A stretch of 64,000 nt of DNA from NCBI GenBank assembly GCA_003427395.1, contig BFEA01000011.1:5436951-5500950 (forward strand), in the 5' to 3' direction. Of this stretch, positions 38,144 to 52,217 are shown in pieces (within the stretch, counting starts at the first letter, position 1; each line of letters starts with the position of its first letter). The notes under the pieces were generated by a model. The model did no database searches, was not told where the DNA came from, and was given only the letters and a program-made list of their open reading frames with translations. The DNA is from Chara braunii (taxonomy: Eukaryota; Plantae; Charophyceae). The position numbers and the translations under genes were made by a program.

Positions 38144-38184
38144 TGAAGACGAATTGAAAGCCCAAGGAGAGGCATGTGTAGGTT

Positions 38185-38329
38185 NNNNNNNNNNNNNNNN
38201 NNNNNNNNNNNNNNNNNNNNNNNNNNNNNNNNNNNNNNNNNNNNNNNNNNNNNNNNNNNNNNNNNNNNNNNNNNNNNNNNNNNNNNNNNNNNNNNNNNNN
38301 NNNNNNNNNNNNNNNNNNNNNNNNNNNNN
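38185..38329. other. Assembly gap with duplicated flanks
   Basis: N run; 38110-38184 is repeated at 38330-38400. Confidence 0.9.
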
Positions 38330-40164
38330 CACACACACACACACAGAGAGAGAGAGAGATGAAGACGAATTGAAAGCCCAAGGAGAGGCATGTGTAGGTT
38401 TTGGTGGAGTGATGGATTAGAGACAGGGGAGAGCTGGTGAGTGATGGATTAGAGACGGGGGAGAGCTGGTGAGTGATGGATTAGAGACGGGGGAGAGCTG
38501 GTAAGAGATGGATGAATGATGTTGTGGGTTGTGGGGATGGGGATTGATTGGGCAATACATGCGGGGATAGTGGTTGGCGGGGTGATTCAAGAAGGTGGGG
38601 GCAAAGGTGAAGGGAGATGGGGGGAAGATTGGGAAAAGGTGGGATGGGGAAGAGGGTGCATGATGGGGGGAAAGGTGGAAAGGACGGGGAAAAGTCTGGG
38701 AGGAAGTTTGTGCAGGCTGCGGATCGCCTTTGTGACCTTCATCTGGGCTGTTCGTCTCCATTGATGAACGGGCTAAGTTGTCTGGGAAAGAAACCGAGTT
38801 GGCCTTCGCTGCCACATCTGAGTTGACCTCCCGGACACCCGGACAGACCTTGTGCTGGCCTGACCCCAACCGGGCTACCCGGCCGGTGGCCTAGGCTAGA
38901 ACGTGGCTACAGGGCTTGCTCAGAGATATGAAAGCTCTTCACCAGGTGGGATGTTATCTGCTGCAGGGGCAGGATGCTCGGCCTGTGTGATCCTTGTCAG
39001 GACTGAGGCCATTTTGGCCACTTCCAATCCGGGGCATATTTCAAGCACGAGGAATGGAACAGAACCGTTAATTTGATGTGTACCTGTTAACCATAGAGAT
39101 TGTTTGTTGGAGCACAATTCTCGAAGCAGGTTTACACCCCGAATTATGATTTAGTTCACATGACTGTGCAGAAGTGTGAGAGGTTTTGTTAAATTCATCA
39201 TATCAGAAAGTTCCTGGATATGAATTACTGCCATTGTAGCATCGTTATTGGCTTTACTCAGCAGTCATGCCATCCGCCGGAAAAGGGTCCGGCGAAGATG
39301 CGCAGCGTCAAATTGTGCAGCAGGGTCTTCAAATTTGTGTTTATTTCGTGTCGGAGAGACAAAGCGTGAACCACGGATTCTTATTGGTTATTATCTGCTG
39401 ATTGGGAGGGACGGTCTTTACAGGCTGGGAAGTAGGGGCTAAAGCAGAATCGTTGAAAGTACTAGAAACATGTTTATATGGCAAGGATGGACCCTGTTTT
39501 CCAGCCGGAGTATGTATTTCAACCTGAATGGCTTGCAAAAATGAAGCACATGGAGTGTGTATCAGGTTCTGCAAGATTCTGTCAAAGCCAGTCACCAAGC
39601 CCCTTGGAGGGAGACACTGCAGATCTCAATGGCGTTTGATGTACCGGCGGTTTGGACTACCATCTGGGCATTATGCTGCCGTTAGTCTGGTTTTATTTAT
39701 GCTATGCTGACGTTAGTCTGATTTTATTTATATGCAGATCCAGTGGTAGTGTTTGTTCATGTGGCTCTCTTGAATCACCAGTCCGTTTCCCAAATAATGT
39801 GTTCCAATGCGCGTTATCCGGTTATTAATTTGGGGGCATGGGCTATAGAAAAGAGAAAAAGAGTGTCGTCTGGCAAGTGGCATGCCAGCAGGAAATGGTA
39901 TGTGGCATTTTTGTATAGGGAAAATGAACTTGGACGCGCTGGTTGTTTAATGTGAGCGATGGGAGGGGGGAGTTCAAATAGCAGATGTGAGTCTGTCTGT
40001 GCGAGGTTGCTGGGGTGTGCTTTGAATCCATCTTATCGTAACTGAACCGTGCACCATGTGATATGGGCTTGCTGTTTCTTTTTTTTTTTGACATTATGTT
40101 ACGCTGTAATTTTGTCTAATGTGCCTCTGCTTTATCTTATTGCTGTTGGTTGGTGATGTCTCAG

Positions 40165-40329
40165 GTGCCTGTCATGATCGGTGGTCCAGCTCTGCCCTCC
40201 AATGTGCGCTTCAGGAGGGATCTCCCCAAGGCTGGTTTGGCTAATATTACTGCGACCTTCATGAATATGTTGGGCTTTGAGGCCCCCTCCGATTATGAAC
40301 CGACTTTGCTTGAAGTTGTTAGCGTGTAG
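40165..40329 (+). CDS. iPGAM: iPGAM exon 6 (terminal; absent from the ORF track)
   Basis: CAG|VPVMIGGPALPSNVRFRRDLPKAGLANITATFMNMLGFEAPSDYEPTLLEVVSV*. Exon sum 1680 nt = 559 aa + stop, with all phases compatible. Confidence 0.95.
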   Translation: MPVMIGGPALPSNVRFRRDLPKAGLANITATFMNMLGFEAPSDYEPTLLEVVSV

Positions 40330-41115
40330 GTGTATTTGTTTGTATATCATGTCGTGCACAGATGAACGAGCTGTTCGATCTGCTCTCCCTGTTTGCTTGG
40401 TCGACTGCTGCGGGAGGAGCGTACAATTCCTTCAGGTTAGGTGAGAGCTTGTTTCCAGTAGATATGGAGAATGAGAGGGAGGGAGTATTTCTTGCAGCTC
40501 CACATTACATGCCTTCAAATCTGAAATTTGTGAATTGTTTTTTTTTTTAATGTTGTTCCTATAGTGTTATATGCCTGATGAGTCGCTTAGCTGTGTTATG
40601 GGAAGCTGTGGTTATGTTGTGACAAATGTGTCAGTGAGGCAGGCATTCAATGCTCTGCTCGAGGTACTCCGGTTGCCTTTCATCCTGTGCTGGGTGCATC
40701 GTTGGCTGTGTGTTGGCCAGAAACACGTTTTTTTTGGAAGGCCTGGGAACTGTCTTTGTCTCATTATAAATGCCTGCTCTTGCAGTCCAATGCTGATGTG
40801 ATGGGCCTTGTCATTCGGGTGTGCTTTATACCCTTGGCTGTGCACGTTTTTCTACACTATAATTTGAGAAATCTAACATACGGGCTGTCTGTCGGCCCTG
40901 ATTGTGGCGCGATCTGAAGCTTTTAAGATTGTGGGACGATCTGGGCCGTCCCTTGGGTACCACATGGCCAACGGGTTGCATGGCACAAACCTTTTTCTTT
41001 TTTTTTTTTTCTTTTTTTTTTTGCACAAACCTTTTATACCAATGCTCTAGTTCAAGATTCTTAAGCAGTATTACTGGCACTGGCGCTGTAGAACTGTCAC
41101 TTCTGTAAAAAGATC

Positions 41116-41117
<2 letters not shown>

Positions 41118-41197
<80 letters not shown>
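41118..41197. repeat. (AG)n microsatellite
   Basis: Direct reading. Confidence 0.95.
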
Positions 41198-41200
<3 letters not shown>

Positions 41201-41430
41201 TGCAAGCCATCCTCATATTAGTGCTGAGTCTGCTGACCACAATGACTATTACAACAATGACTAGCTCTAGTGCTAATAAATTAATAACTACTATCCCCCC
41301 CTCCGCCCCTGCTTGATGATTCTTGTGCGTGTGTGTTTGTCAAAGCTCCCCAAATTCTCTCATTCCAACCACAAATTATTGCAAACAATCCATACAACAA
41401 AAACGATAGGGAATGTATTAGATTGATAAG

Positions 41431-41884
41431 GTCCAGTGGCCTAGCTCAGTTGGTAAGGCTTGGAAGTGGCATTCAGGAGGTAGGGGGTTCAATCCCCATT
41501 GTCCTCATGTACCTTCCTGGGGCATGCTTGGCGCCCACCACTGGATCGCCCGATCGGCATTGAGCAGTAGTTAATGTTTGTAGGGGAGGGGACCTGAGGG
41601 GAGGCACAGGGATTGGTCCTGTTGGCATGATCCCTGATGCTACCAGCTGTCCCCTGGCCGGTATCGCCCACCTGCAGGTCCCTCTAGGACTGTAATTAGG
41701 AGTGGTATCTCCAAAATCTCTACGACGGCAAGTCTCGAGTGATTGGATTGCACTTGGCTGGTGATCAGAGCGCACGCTTCTTTCATTGTAGTATGGGCTA
41801 TGGGAACACTCCGTCACTTGAATTGAGTGTTTACTACTGAAATTGAGAGCAGAACGTAGGTTGCTTATTAAAGAAAAAAAAAAA
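41431..41884 (+). mobile_element. tRNA-derived SINE
   Basis: A box TAGCTCAGTTGG at 41442, B box GGTTCAATCC at 41486, unrelated ~380-bp body, A-rich tail. No clear TSD. Confidence 0.7.
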
Positions 41885-43756
41885 GATGCTATGTTGCCCA
41901 TGTGGTTAAGTGGCAAGTGCCACACACCCGTCTGCCGCTGGAGCAGCACACTTGCACCTACATGTAATATTCTATAAAGGGGTCGATGTCATTACCGAAA
42001 ACACTGGCACATCAGCTCATCTCAAATGACTCGCTACCATCATTGCCGTCGCTCCATGGCTAGGCCTCTTCCCTTTCATTTTGTTGTCTTGCCCCTGGAG
42101 TGTATAAGACCCCAAGGCAAAAACAAGTGGAGCAACAGCACAAACACCGACCAAGAAAGCAATGACCACGCTTCAAATGGTTTGAAAAAACTTAGAGAGC
42201 CCTCTGTGTCAGCCCACGAAGCCACCATAAATTCTACCGAACTCCACAAGATCTCCACGCAACACCAGGAGCGCTACTGCTTAAAACACCCTGGAAGTGT
42301 TCCTTTTTTTTTTTCTTTTTTTCTTTGACAAATGCTCCAGTCTATTCGTGGGGAGCAACACATGCTGTCCCATATAGAATTATACAAATGATTTGAAATA
42401 CCAGGGCCATTACCTGGCTTCGGCCAGGAACAATCTGAGAACTTTGAAGAGATTCTAGAAAATTAGGAAAAGACATGGATAACTGTTAACCTATTGCTAG
42501 GCTACTCAAGCAGCACTTACTAAGTCAAAACGGCAAGCCACAGAAGCCCTTTGAATGCTCCGAACCCCTGGAATCCCCAACGAAACATTCTAAAATTTTC
42601 TAACACTGTCTTATTCCCTGCTGAACTTTCCCAGGCTTCATGCCCCATCCTGCTAGGTTACAGGGCAACACAACTCACGCCAGCTCCGGCCAGCGTGGTA
42701 CCGACAGAAATCCTTATTTTCCCTTAGAATGCCCGGCCCAAGGCATCCCCAGATCTCTCTACCACGCCGCTCGCTCCTGCTATCAACAGGTTCCAGGGTA
42801 ACCCCCCCATCTTCGGCCAGCGTAGTTCTGGCATCGAAAAAATGCAGACCCATGAGTATAACAGCATTAGAAAAACCTAAAATGAGTTGTAAGAAGTGCC
42901 CAGAATCCTAAAGCATTCTCAAAACTTTCCTCATGAGATAGGCTAAATTGCAGAAAAAAATTCAAAAAATCTGAAAAAGCTTGGAAAACATGAACGCCGG
43001 CGGGTCAAAACTGAAATGCCTACTATCCAAAACTACCCCTCTCAACAGACGGAACGTCGGTCCAGGTTTTCAGTCCTCGTACCAGAACTCACTTGATCTC
43101 ATATCCACTTCTGCTAGGGTAACAGGGCACCACAACCTACAGGCCTCAAGCTCCCCCTGCATCACAGAGCGAAAGCTCCAGCACCAGCCTGTGTCGTCCC
43201 AGCATCGTCCTTTTATCCTACTTACCTTAACCAACAACCTTCCTCTGTTAAGAGCCCCCTTACTGCCTTCCATCTTCCAGTTCGAGCTCCCCCCCTTCCC
43301 TCCTTTTTTTGAGATACCATGGCCATTACCTGGCTTCGGCTAAGAACAACCGACTCAGAACCCCCGATCCCCCAACAGTCCTCTTTACCTCACTCCGGCA
43401 AGACTTACTGCAGCAAAAGCCACCATCTCTGCTGCTGCTGTGCCCTATTACCATCCTACGAGCTAGCCCCCACCATCTACTTCTCCCACTCACCTCTCTC
43501 AAGAAAATATTGAAAAAATAGGAAATCAGAAAATTGAGAATTGAAGCACTGGCTGTAAACATCCAACAAAACCCTCTCAACCTTACTACGGCAAGACTTA
43601 CTGCGGTAGAGCCACCATCTCCACCGCTGCTGTGCCCTATTTCCGCCCTACTGGCTAGCCCTTTCGCTCCAGAGTGCATTATCTCCAACCATCACCACAA
43701 ACCATACTTGCGGTGCATCCCGTGCGCGGGGTCGTGGCACATGCGGTGCAGAGCGC

Positions 43757-44000
43757 ACGTGCCATGTCAGTAGAGTGCCATGTCAGCAGTGTGCCATGTC
43801 ATCAGTGTGCCATGTGCAGACGTGCCATGTCAGCAGAAAAGGCTGAGGCTGGGGTATGTGCCAGCAGTGTGCCATGTCATCAGTGTGCCATGTCATCAGT
43901 GTGCCATGTCAGCAGAAAAGGCTGAGGCTGGGCTATGTGCCAGCAGTGTCCCACGTGCGGAAGTGTACTGTCAGCACACAAGGCTGAGGCTGGGCTATGT
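43757..44000. repeat. GTGCCATGTCA(G/T)CAGT minisatellite
   Basis: Direct reading. Confidence 0.85.
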
Positions 44001-44249
44001 GGCGGTGCAGCGCACAAATTGTAATGTAACAAAGCTCTACGCCTCCTGCACCTGATGTTGCGATACATAAGCAGACTTCTGCCGAATGCCAGCAGCCTGC
44101 AACCTCAGGCATGGTCTCAATAGCAGCAGCCGCAGCAAGCCCACCTGGGAGCACATCATCCCCAGGGGCACCCGGTCTTGCCCTGCCCGAACTGACAGGG
44201 CAGGGGCCCAGCGAGACCGTATAGGCCTACCAGCTTCGCGTAGCCATTT

Positions 44250-45770
44250 TCTTGATCGAAATCAATGAGGAAAAGAAATGCCGCAACGAAGCTGAGGCCG
44301 CTCGCAGCCGAGCAGCGACGATAGCAGCCGAAGCCTCAGCGGCAATCAACCAACTCCGGTTAGGCGCTTGTGCAACGCTGCAGCAGCGAGAGATGTACTA
44401 TGCTGCAACACTCAGAAAATGGCACTTTCACCAACGGAAAGCAACAGCTACCCGATGGACGCCAAGAAGATGAAGGCGGACAAACGCCGTGACGAAGCTT
44501 AGGCCGCTTGCATCCGTGCAGCTGTCCAAGCAGCTGTGTAGCAGCGACGACAGCAGTCCGAAGCTGTAGCAGCAATCGACCAACTCCGGTCTGCCGCGTG
44601 CGCAACACTGCAGCAGTGAGAGATGGACTATGCCCCAACACTCAGAAAATGGAACTTTTCACCAACGGAAAGCAACAGCAACTTGATGGATGCCGAGAAG
44701 ACCAAGGAGGACGTCTCCATGATGCTCGCGTAGCGTATAGCCACCTGCAACTACCAGCAACAAGAGCTGCAGCTCCTGGTAAGGGTGATCGACAGTGATC
44801 AGGGCCAGCAAGATGGCACCGACCGCAGTTTTCACATCTGCCTCCAGGACTTTGAGATAATGGACGCCGCCACTCCAGGTAGTGGGCGGGTACCAGCCAG
44901 TCATCCACACGACAACTGGAGCAACGGATCAACCATGTGGTAGCCACTATTGGTGACCTTGGCACATTTGCAGGACCAGCAGCAATCAGCCAGCAGCTGA
45001 CTACGAGCAGCTGACAACGCTGAAGACCAGCGACCAACGACCGTACAAGTTGCCGAATCTCAACATTGAGAAGTTTGACGACTACACCAAGCAAGACCCG
45101 GTCGCATGGTGGCAAGGATTTACCACTGCATTAAGTTTTCGCAACGTCCTCGAACACCTTAAGCTCGCTGCACTATATCTCAACACCACAGGTGGTTGCC
45201 AAATCTGGCTCAATCACTTCGCGTTCAAGGGAGGTGTGAGCATGGACCACTTGCACACCAAGTTGGACTGGGAAGCTCTGTGGAAAGGACGGTTCATCGT
45301 ACAGGACGAAGTTGCCAAGGGCATCAACAAAGTTTTCTAGATGTACCAAGGGACCCACCGGACGCGTCCAAATATCGCTGCCATTTTGGATCTGAACGTG
45401 CCATTCACACACATTCGACGCGAGTTCTTCAAAAGCATTGACTCCTTGACCCAAACATTTGGATGAGTGGAGGACTGTGAAGATTTCTACGCAATCGTAA
45501 CTCATACTCGCTCCCTCATACAAACCAATTGGCGTGCCGCTAACGAAGGGCAGCTGAATTTTGTGGAGAGAGCAATGTATGCAGCCAGTTGCTGCAGTCC
45601 TATCAACTAGACCAAGTGAAGGCCCATTGACTTCAGGATCAAGTGAAGGAGATGAAGTCGATGCCTTTCACCACGATGCACTCACTCAAGAACAAGAAAG
45701 GGGAAATTAGTGTCAACGTCGGATGCCGGACAGACGAACAAGCCTTGGGAAAAGTTCAAACGCACGGAAG
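44250..45770 (+). pseudogene. Ty3/gypsy gag remnant
   Basis: NIEKFDDYTKQDPVAWWQGF...ALYLNTTGGCQIWLNH...W..LWKGRF, preceded by a Gln/Ala-rich coiled-coil-like stretch; multiple stops. Confidence 0.6.
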
Positions 45771-45884
45771 AGCAATTCAAGCACCGACAAAAGTGGGGAT
45801 GCTCGTTGTGTGGTGGTGAGTGGTACCACCCGTAGAGGTAGTCTTCCTCATTGTAGTCACGCCCACCCCCACCCCCTCGATGAC

Positions 45885-46059
45885 TGTGTGTGTTGTGTGT
45901 GTGAAAGAAAGAGCGGTGAGATCCTGTCTGCTTTGCTGCATGCCACTCCCTACCCCTACTAACAATGACAACTACGACAATTGCAACAACTACAACAACG
46001 ATGACTACCTCTACTACTTGCTAGCACACTCCCCCATCCCACCTCTCCAAAAATGGTGG

Positions 46060-46096
<37 letters not shown>

Positions 46097-46200
46097 TGCG
46101 TGTGTGAGAGAGAGAGCCCATCTGGTTTGGCGGGTGCCACCCTCCCAACTGCTGCTGACAGTGATGACAGTTACTTCCATGACAACGATGACTACTGCAG
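45885..46200. repeat. Dispersed repeat, direct copy at ~48415-48665
   Basis: GGTGAGATCCTGTCTGCTTTG...CTACCCCTACTAACAATGA...GCTGACAGTGATGACAGTTACTTCCATGACA is shared. Confidence 0.8.
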
Positions 46201-46624
46201 CAAAGCAGATGGACTCTCTCTCTTGTGATGATTTGTGGGTGGAATGAGGCAAAATTTTGGGATCTTTGAAAAACAGACATTGTGGGCGTGCGAGCTCTTT
46301 GTCCTGGCAGATTCGAGCGGTAGATCCCGGCTTGTACTACAGAGTTATTGCCACAAGCCTAATCGGCATTGATCAGAAGCGAGAACGGACCTTGGAAGAT
46401 TCCATGACAACGAGGACTACTGCAGCAAAGCAGATGGACTCTCTCTCTTGTGATGATTTGTGGGTGGAATGAGGCAAAATTTTGGGATCTTTGAAAAACA
46501 GACATTGTGGGCGTGCGAGCTCTGTCCTGGCAGATTCGAACGGTAGATCCCGGCTTGTACTACAGAGTTATTGCCACAAGCCTAATCGGCATTGATCAGA
46601 AGCGAGAACGGACCTTGGAAGATT
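46175..46624. repeat. 225-bp near-perfect tandem duplication
   Basis: Units start at 46175 and 46400. Confidence 0.9.
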
Positions 46625-46847
46625 GACATACCAAGATCCGACTCAGCATGGACCATGACGGGACCAGACAGCATACGTCATCACTCAAAGAAAGATGGAG
46701 AAGAGACAAAGGGGAGATAGGGAGGATCAGCCACCATAGCCCGATGAACCCAGTCTCCAACGTATCCCCAGTGTCGCTGCTCATAACAATGTCAAGTCAC
46801 CATTTCACTCAGCTGGGCTATGTACGAATGTCACCAAGTCTCAAAGT

Positions 46848-46937
<90 letters not shown>

Positions 46938-46939
46938 AT

Positions 46940-48260
46940 CCCATGAAGGAGCGAACCTCCGTAGTGTTGGTGAAGTAGTTGGCGTGTATTTTGTCTTGCG
47001 GCATCACAAAGTAAGTCACTTATTCGAGCTCTTGTTGAGGGAACTCGCACTTAGCTCAGTTTATTTGGCCTTCGGTAGCCTCTCCAAAACAGTGCGCAGG
47101 TGCGCGAGGTGCTCGACCAAGGTCCGGCTATAAACCAAAATGCCGTCGAGGTAGATGAGCATGAGCCGGTCCAACATGTCACTAAACTCCATCAGCACCG
47201 TCACGTGGAAAGGAGACGGGGCATTGGTAAGGCCGAATGGCATTGCAACCCATTCAAAGTGCCCATGCCGTGTTTTGCATACCGTGTTTTGAATGCAGTC
47301 TTGTACAAATCTTGTGGATGGATCTTGATTTTGTGGTAACTGGATTTCAGGTCCAACTTCTAGAAATACGTAACGATGCCCCAAACGTTCGAGAAGGTCG
47401 ATGCAGAAGCGGGTATGCATGCTTAATGGTTTGTGTGTTAAGCTTGTGGTAATCAATGCATAGCCGCAAGGCTTTGTTCTTCTTCTGACGAAGACAATAG
47501 ATGCACTGCTGGGCGAGCTGCTAGGGCAAATCAAGCCCTTTGCAATAAGAGGAGACTTGTGCACGAAGCACTTCAAGCCTCCTCCCTCACGCCATAGATA
47601 TAACCGTGCGGAGGTATGACCCCTTCCTCGAGGAGTATCGTGTAGCGAATAGGCCGGTAGAATTCCGACAAAGGTTTCAAAAGGAGTCAAGAAACTTTAG
47701 AATTCGTGGGTTTAGTGGCGCTTCTGCTGTTGGCTCGTCTGATGGAAGGATGGTGTGAAAGAAGCCAAGGCCCATTTCTGCAACGTCGTGCCGTATGATG
47801 GAGTTGCGAATGCTGGGTGTAAAAAACATGTGACAACCGATAGAACGGTGAGATGGAGGAACCGCACATAGGACTAGCATGTCATTCCAATCACGAACGT
47901 GAAAGATACGACGATAAAAGTTCACTGGGTGGTCCTCACTTTTCAGCACAACATGTCCACAATCATGTTAAACTTTGTGTCCAAAATGTCGAAGGACACG
48001 GCTTGGTGTGTATGGAGGGCAAAGTACTCGATACGTCAATGCACCGATCAATGCATTTCTGCATGTAATTGGCGACCAATGTGACTTGTGTGGGGATTGC
48101 AACTTCCTTCGATCGCACGGCGACAGACCAGTGTGTGCCAAGTCTTGGCTAATGTAGTTGCGCGTAGCTTGACCATAAATCAAGGCGCTGCAGGAATGCG
48201 GATGTGAAGTAACGGCACGGCGATGTTGTCGTACCATTGCGTGGCATATTCTTCATAAGG
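46940..48260 (-). pseudogene. Ty3/gypsy pol remnant (RT)
   Basis: GHFEWVAMPFGLTNAPSPF and LIYLDGILVYSRTLVEHLAHLRTVLERL; frameshifted. Confidence 0.85.
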
Positions 48261-50259
48261 TACTTGTGAAGGTCAGCAATCCATACTCCGTCTTTCGTTA
48301 ACAAAGTTGACCCTGCAGCATGCAAATACTAGTGCAATTCTACCATCAAAGCATTGCGGTTCAGTCATAGGAAGGAACCGGACGGAGGAAGAGGCAACCA
48401 TTGGAAATCTGTGAGTTGTGTGTGTGAGAGAAGGAGGTGAGATCCTGTCTGCTTTGTTGCATGCCACCCCCTACCCCTACTAACAATGATGATGATTACC
48501 TCTACTACTTGCTAGCACACTCCCTCATCCCCTCTCCAAAAATGGTGGCTCTGTGTATGTGTGTGAGAGAGCGAGCCCATACGGTTTAACGGCTGTCGCC
48601 CTCCATCTGTTGCTGACAGTGATGACAGTTACTTCCATGACAGTGATGAATACTTTGACAGCGGCAGCTACTGTGTGAATTAGAAGTGTCTCTACTACTA
48701 ACTACTATGCGCCCCTCCGCCTTCTACAACAACAGTAATGACCCTCATGTGAGCGACCGTGCAAAAGGAAAAAAGTAATAGATTCTTCGCATCTTTACTT
48801 GTGTCACATTTAACCTTTGTGACCTCGCATGTCCGTGTGTAATTTCTTTGCAAAGAAAAGGGAATACAAAAACAAGAACGCACGAGCTGGTCTATGTGTG
48901 TGTGTGCATGTGTGCATGTCTCACACAGATGCATGTGGGCTTGGGCATGTGTGTGTGTGTGTGCGCACACACAGATATGCACGTACATACATGCGTCTGT
49001 GCGCGTGTTTGTGTGTGTGTGTGTCGCCATATTTGCCATGAACAACTCCACAAAGAAAAGCATGATTGTGCGAGACTGTTTTGTCGGATTTTCACCGCAC
49101 CATCAGGAGGTTGAACCCCCACAGTTAAACCACGTCACCAAACCACCCAATAAACCAATCTATTAATCAATTAGTGAACTAATCAACCAATCAATCAGTC
49201 AATTAATTAATTGGAGTGATTGAATATTTTGTAGCCATACAAAAATGAAAAGAAAAAAAAAGGTGGGTTGATCATTTTATTGCATACTTAAATTTTTCTA
49301 GTGATAAATCATTTAAATAAAAAAGAAAACAAGGTCGGGTTACTTAAATTTTTCTAGTGATATAATTATTTAAAAAAAAAAAGAAAAAAGTTCGGGTTTT
49401 GAATAGGGGTTGGAGTGGTTTTTAACCTCGGATTGAAAGTCCTCGGGGTGTGGACCGGTTTTTTACCATTTGCCATTGTAACGTTTGGGGTTGTAACACT
49501 GCCTGAGAATAAAAAGGTTATTGTTGAGCGATACAATTCCCTCTTTTATCATTGTTTAATGAGATTGCCAATATTCCCAAACATTTTCGGTGAAAGTTGG
49601 AAATTGTTTATTTTCAGTATTGATATCTTAATTGAACTTAATTGTAACCTTGATGTGGACTTTGTGGGAGGCTGGTAGTCAGTGTGTTTGTCAAATGCTT
49701 TGACATGAAAACCAGCCTCCAATGATGATTTAATTTCGCGAGTAGTGCTAGAAAAGAGGGCGAAGTGGAAGGAGAAGAATACGTGTTTGATATGGAGGGT
49801 TTTCGTTATCAACAATGTGGTGTCGATATTGTTACCGTACAAGTTTGCATAATGGTGCTTCAACAAAGAGGTTATATCATTAGGAATTTACGAGGACAAC
49901 TTACATCACTATTATTAATGCATATCCACGAGTGTAGCAATGTGATTAATCGAGGGGCTTGGACATCCATTGTCCACACCAGTGATAATTCGCATGGGTA
50001 TTATAAATCGTAACCTTTAAGTTGTGACATTATTCATAGTGGATTTTATCATTATTGTTTGTCGACCATTATAAATTTTACGAGGATAACTTACATCACT
50101 GTTATTAATGCATATCCACGAGTGTAGCAATGTGATTAATCGAGGGGCTTGGACATCCATTGTCCACACTAGTGACAATTCGCATGGTGTGACATTATTC
50201 ATAGTGGATTTTATGATTATTGTTTGTCGACCCAAATCCTTTTGGAGTCTCGGGCCCTA

Positions 50260-50435
50260 AACCACTAGTACCTTTGTCGTTTTGTTTTGACAAGTTTTAG
50301 CCTATTCCCGAACCTTTAGGAGGTCGGGTCCGACAACGGCTGTTATTGAGGAATTTAATAGGTCGTCGTTTCGTTTTGGTCTCTTGAAAGGTCGGAGGTC
50401 TATAATTGTTTGAACCTATAAAGGTACTAGCGGTT
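50260..50435. mobile_element. MITE with 16-bp TIR
   Basis: AACCACTAGTACCTTT ... AAAGGTACTAGCGGTT. Confidence 0.7.
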
Positions 50436-51015
50436 CAAAGCAGATAGTCAGGTTAACACTCTAGGCATAGGTTTGAGTCATCCTTCTCACGTGGGTGGAA
50501 TGTCGTTATTGGGTTAAACTAAGTAAATCCAATCAAGATAAAAACAAAGTTTGAGGAGTGGTCAGAGAAAACTTGTTAAAGGCGAAATTTTGGATCAATT
50601 TGTTTTACGTTTGGAGGAAGTTTCGACATTTATATAAACCTTGGAGCGTTGGGAGGTGGGGATAAGCTTATTGTTAATCGATAATTGACGGGTCACAATA
50701 GTCGTGTGATGGGCGAAGATGGGTAAGAAAGGTTTTGAGAGTACAAAACATTTTGAACCTAGACAAAAGGATTAAAAAAAAAACGGGAAGTGTAGTCAAC
50801 TCTAAGAAATTATCATAAACATTTTGAACGTAGAGAGAAGGATTATAAAATAAAATCGGAGCTCTAGTCAGATTAAAAAAATTGATATAAAGTTATAGAT
50901 AAACTTGGAGCACTTGTTTCTCATTAGTTAAGTTATACTTTTAATGTAAGCTTCCTCTTTTTAAGAGGGGAATTGAGAAATGATAATGGGGAAATAAATT
51001 TTGTTTTTTTTCGTA

Positions 51016-51138
51016 AACAAAGTGAAGAAACGCTTGCACGCTTTCCCCTAACGTTATGTGTTGAAGAGAGATTTAACAAAGTGAAGAAACGCTTGCACGC
51101 TTTCCCATAACGTTATGTGTTGAAGAGAGAATTAACAT
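51016..51138. repeat. 59-bp tandem duplication
   Basis: AACAAAGTGAAGAAACGCTTGCACGCTTTCCC...GAAGAGAGA x2. Confidence 0.9.
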
Positions 51139-51972
51139 ATGGTATTGAATCAGTATTTTGCACAATTGAGACACACATGAATAGTTTTTATTTGTAAATG
51201 TTTATTGTCGTTTGATCGGATAAACGACATGGAATTATTTTTTAATATGAAAATTACCAATCGAAAGTTTTTCTTGGAAGTACAACTACACTAAAAATTT
51301 GACATCATTGGATAACGCATATAAACATAATTTGGGATAACATTACGTCGATTGGAATGTTTTATGAAACTCGCACCAGATCGGTGAAGATCGTTTTTTT
51401 TGCAATAGTAAGTTTAACATTTGTGTTTTCAGATAAACAATTGGATAGTAAAATAAAATAAAATTAAAACAAAAAGGTTTAGTGCTTCCACGCTGCAAAT
51501 TGCCACGCCTCGTAAAACTAGAGAGATAATTAAATATATAGTTTTGGAATGTTCGCAAGTGGTGTTAATATGACGATGATGTCATTCTATTTGGCGACAA
51601 CTATGTACGCTTGTCACTAGCCATTGAACTATTGAACCCAACTATGCAAAATATGACAGGTACCACAAACTACCACCTTTGTCATGAGTATATGTTATGG
51701 TCAGGATAAGGGATGGTGCTCTAGACTTTATATATAAAACAATGCACGAACTACGTATGTTTGTTTGGAAGGACAATAAATGGTAGAAATAATACAATAA
51801 CAAGATCAGAAGAGATACAGCGAGATTGACAAAGCTTAAGTTTATACCTTTTTCATAAACGGTAAATTTGTGAAGCAATAATTAAAAAAATAAGAAAAAA
51901 AATAGTTAGGGATGAAACAGGAAGTTGGTATTGCAACAAGGTGATAGATATGCGAAAGGAGTAGGTTATTTC

Positions 51973-52217
51973 AAGCAAGACTATAACGTCGTTTGCTGTT
52001 GATGGACAATAATGGCCGCCAACAACCTTTTCATACCTTTTCCATCACACTAGTTATTTATAGAGGGCCTCATTTGGTATGGATTTGACTATTGTTTTAA
52101 GCAAGACTATAACGTCGTTTGTTGTTGATGGACAATAACGGCCGCTAACAACCTTTTCATACCTTTTTCACCACACTAGTTATCTATAGAGGACCTCATT
52201 TAGTATGGATTTGACTA
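51973..52217. repeat. 126-bp tandem duplication
   Basis: AAGCAAGACTATAACGTCG...GGATTTGACTA x2. Confidence 0.9.

Noticed and set aside
41431-41505. Functional tRNA gene
   Set aside because: It has no good acceptor or anticodon stems and continues into a SINE body with an A-tail.
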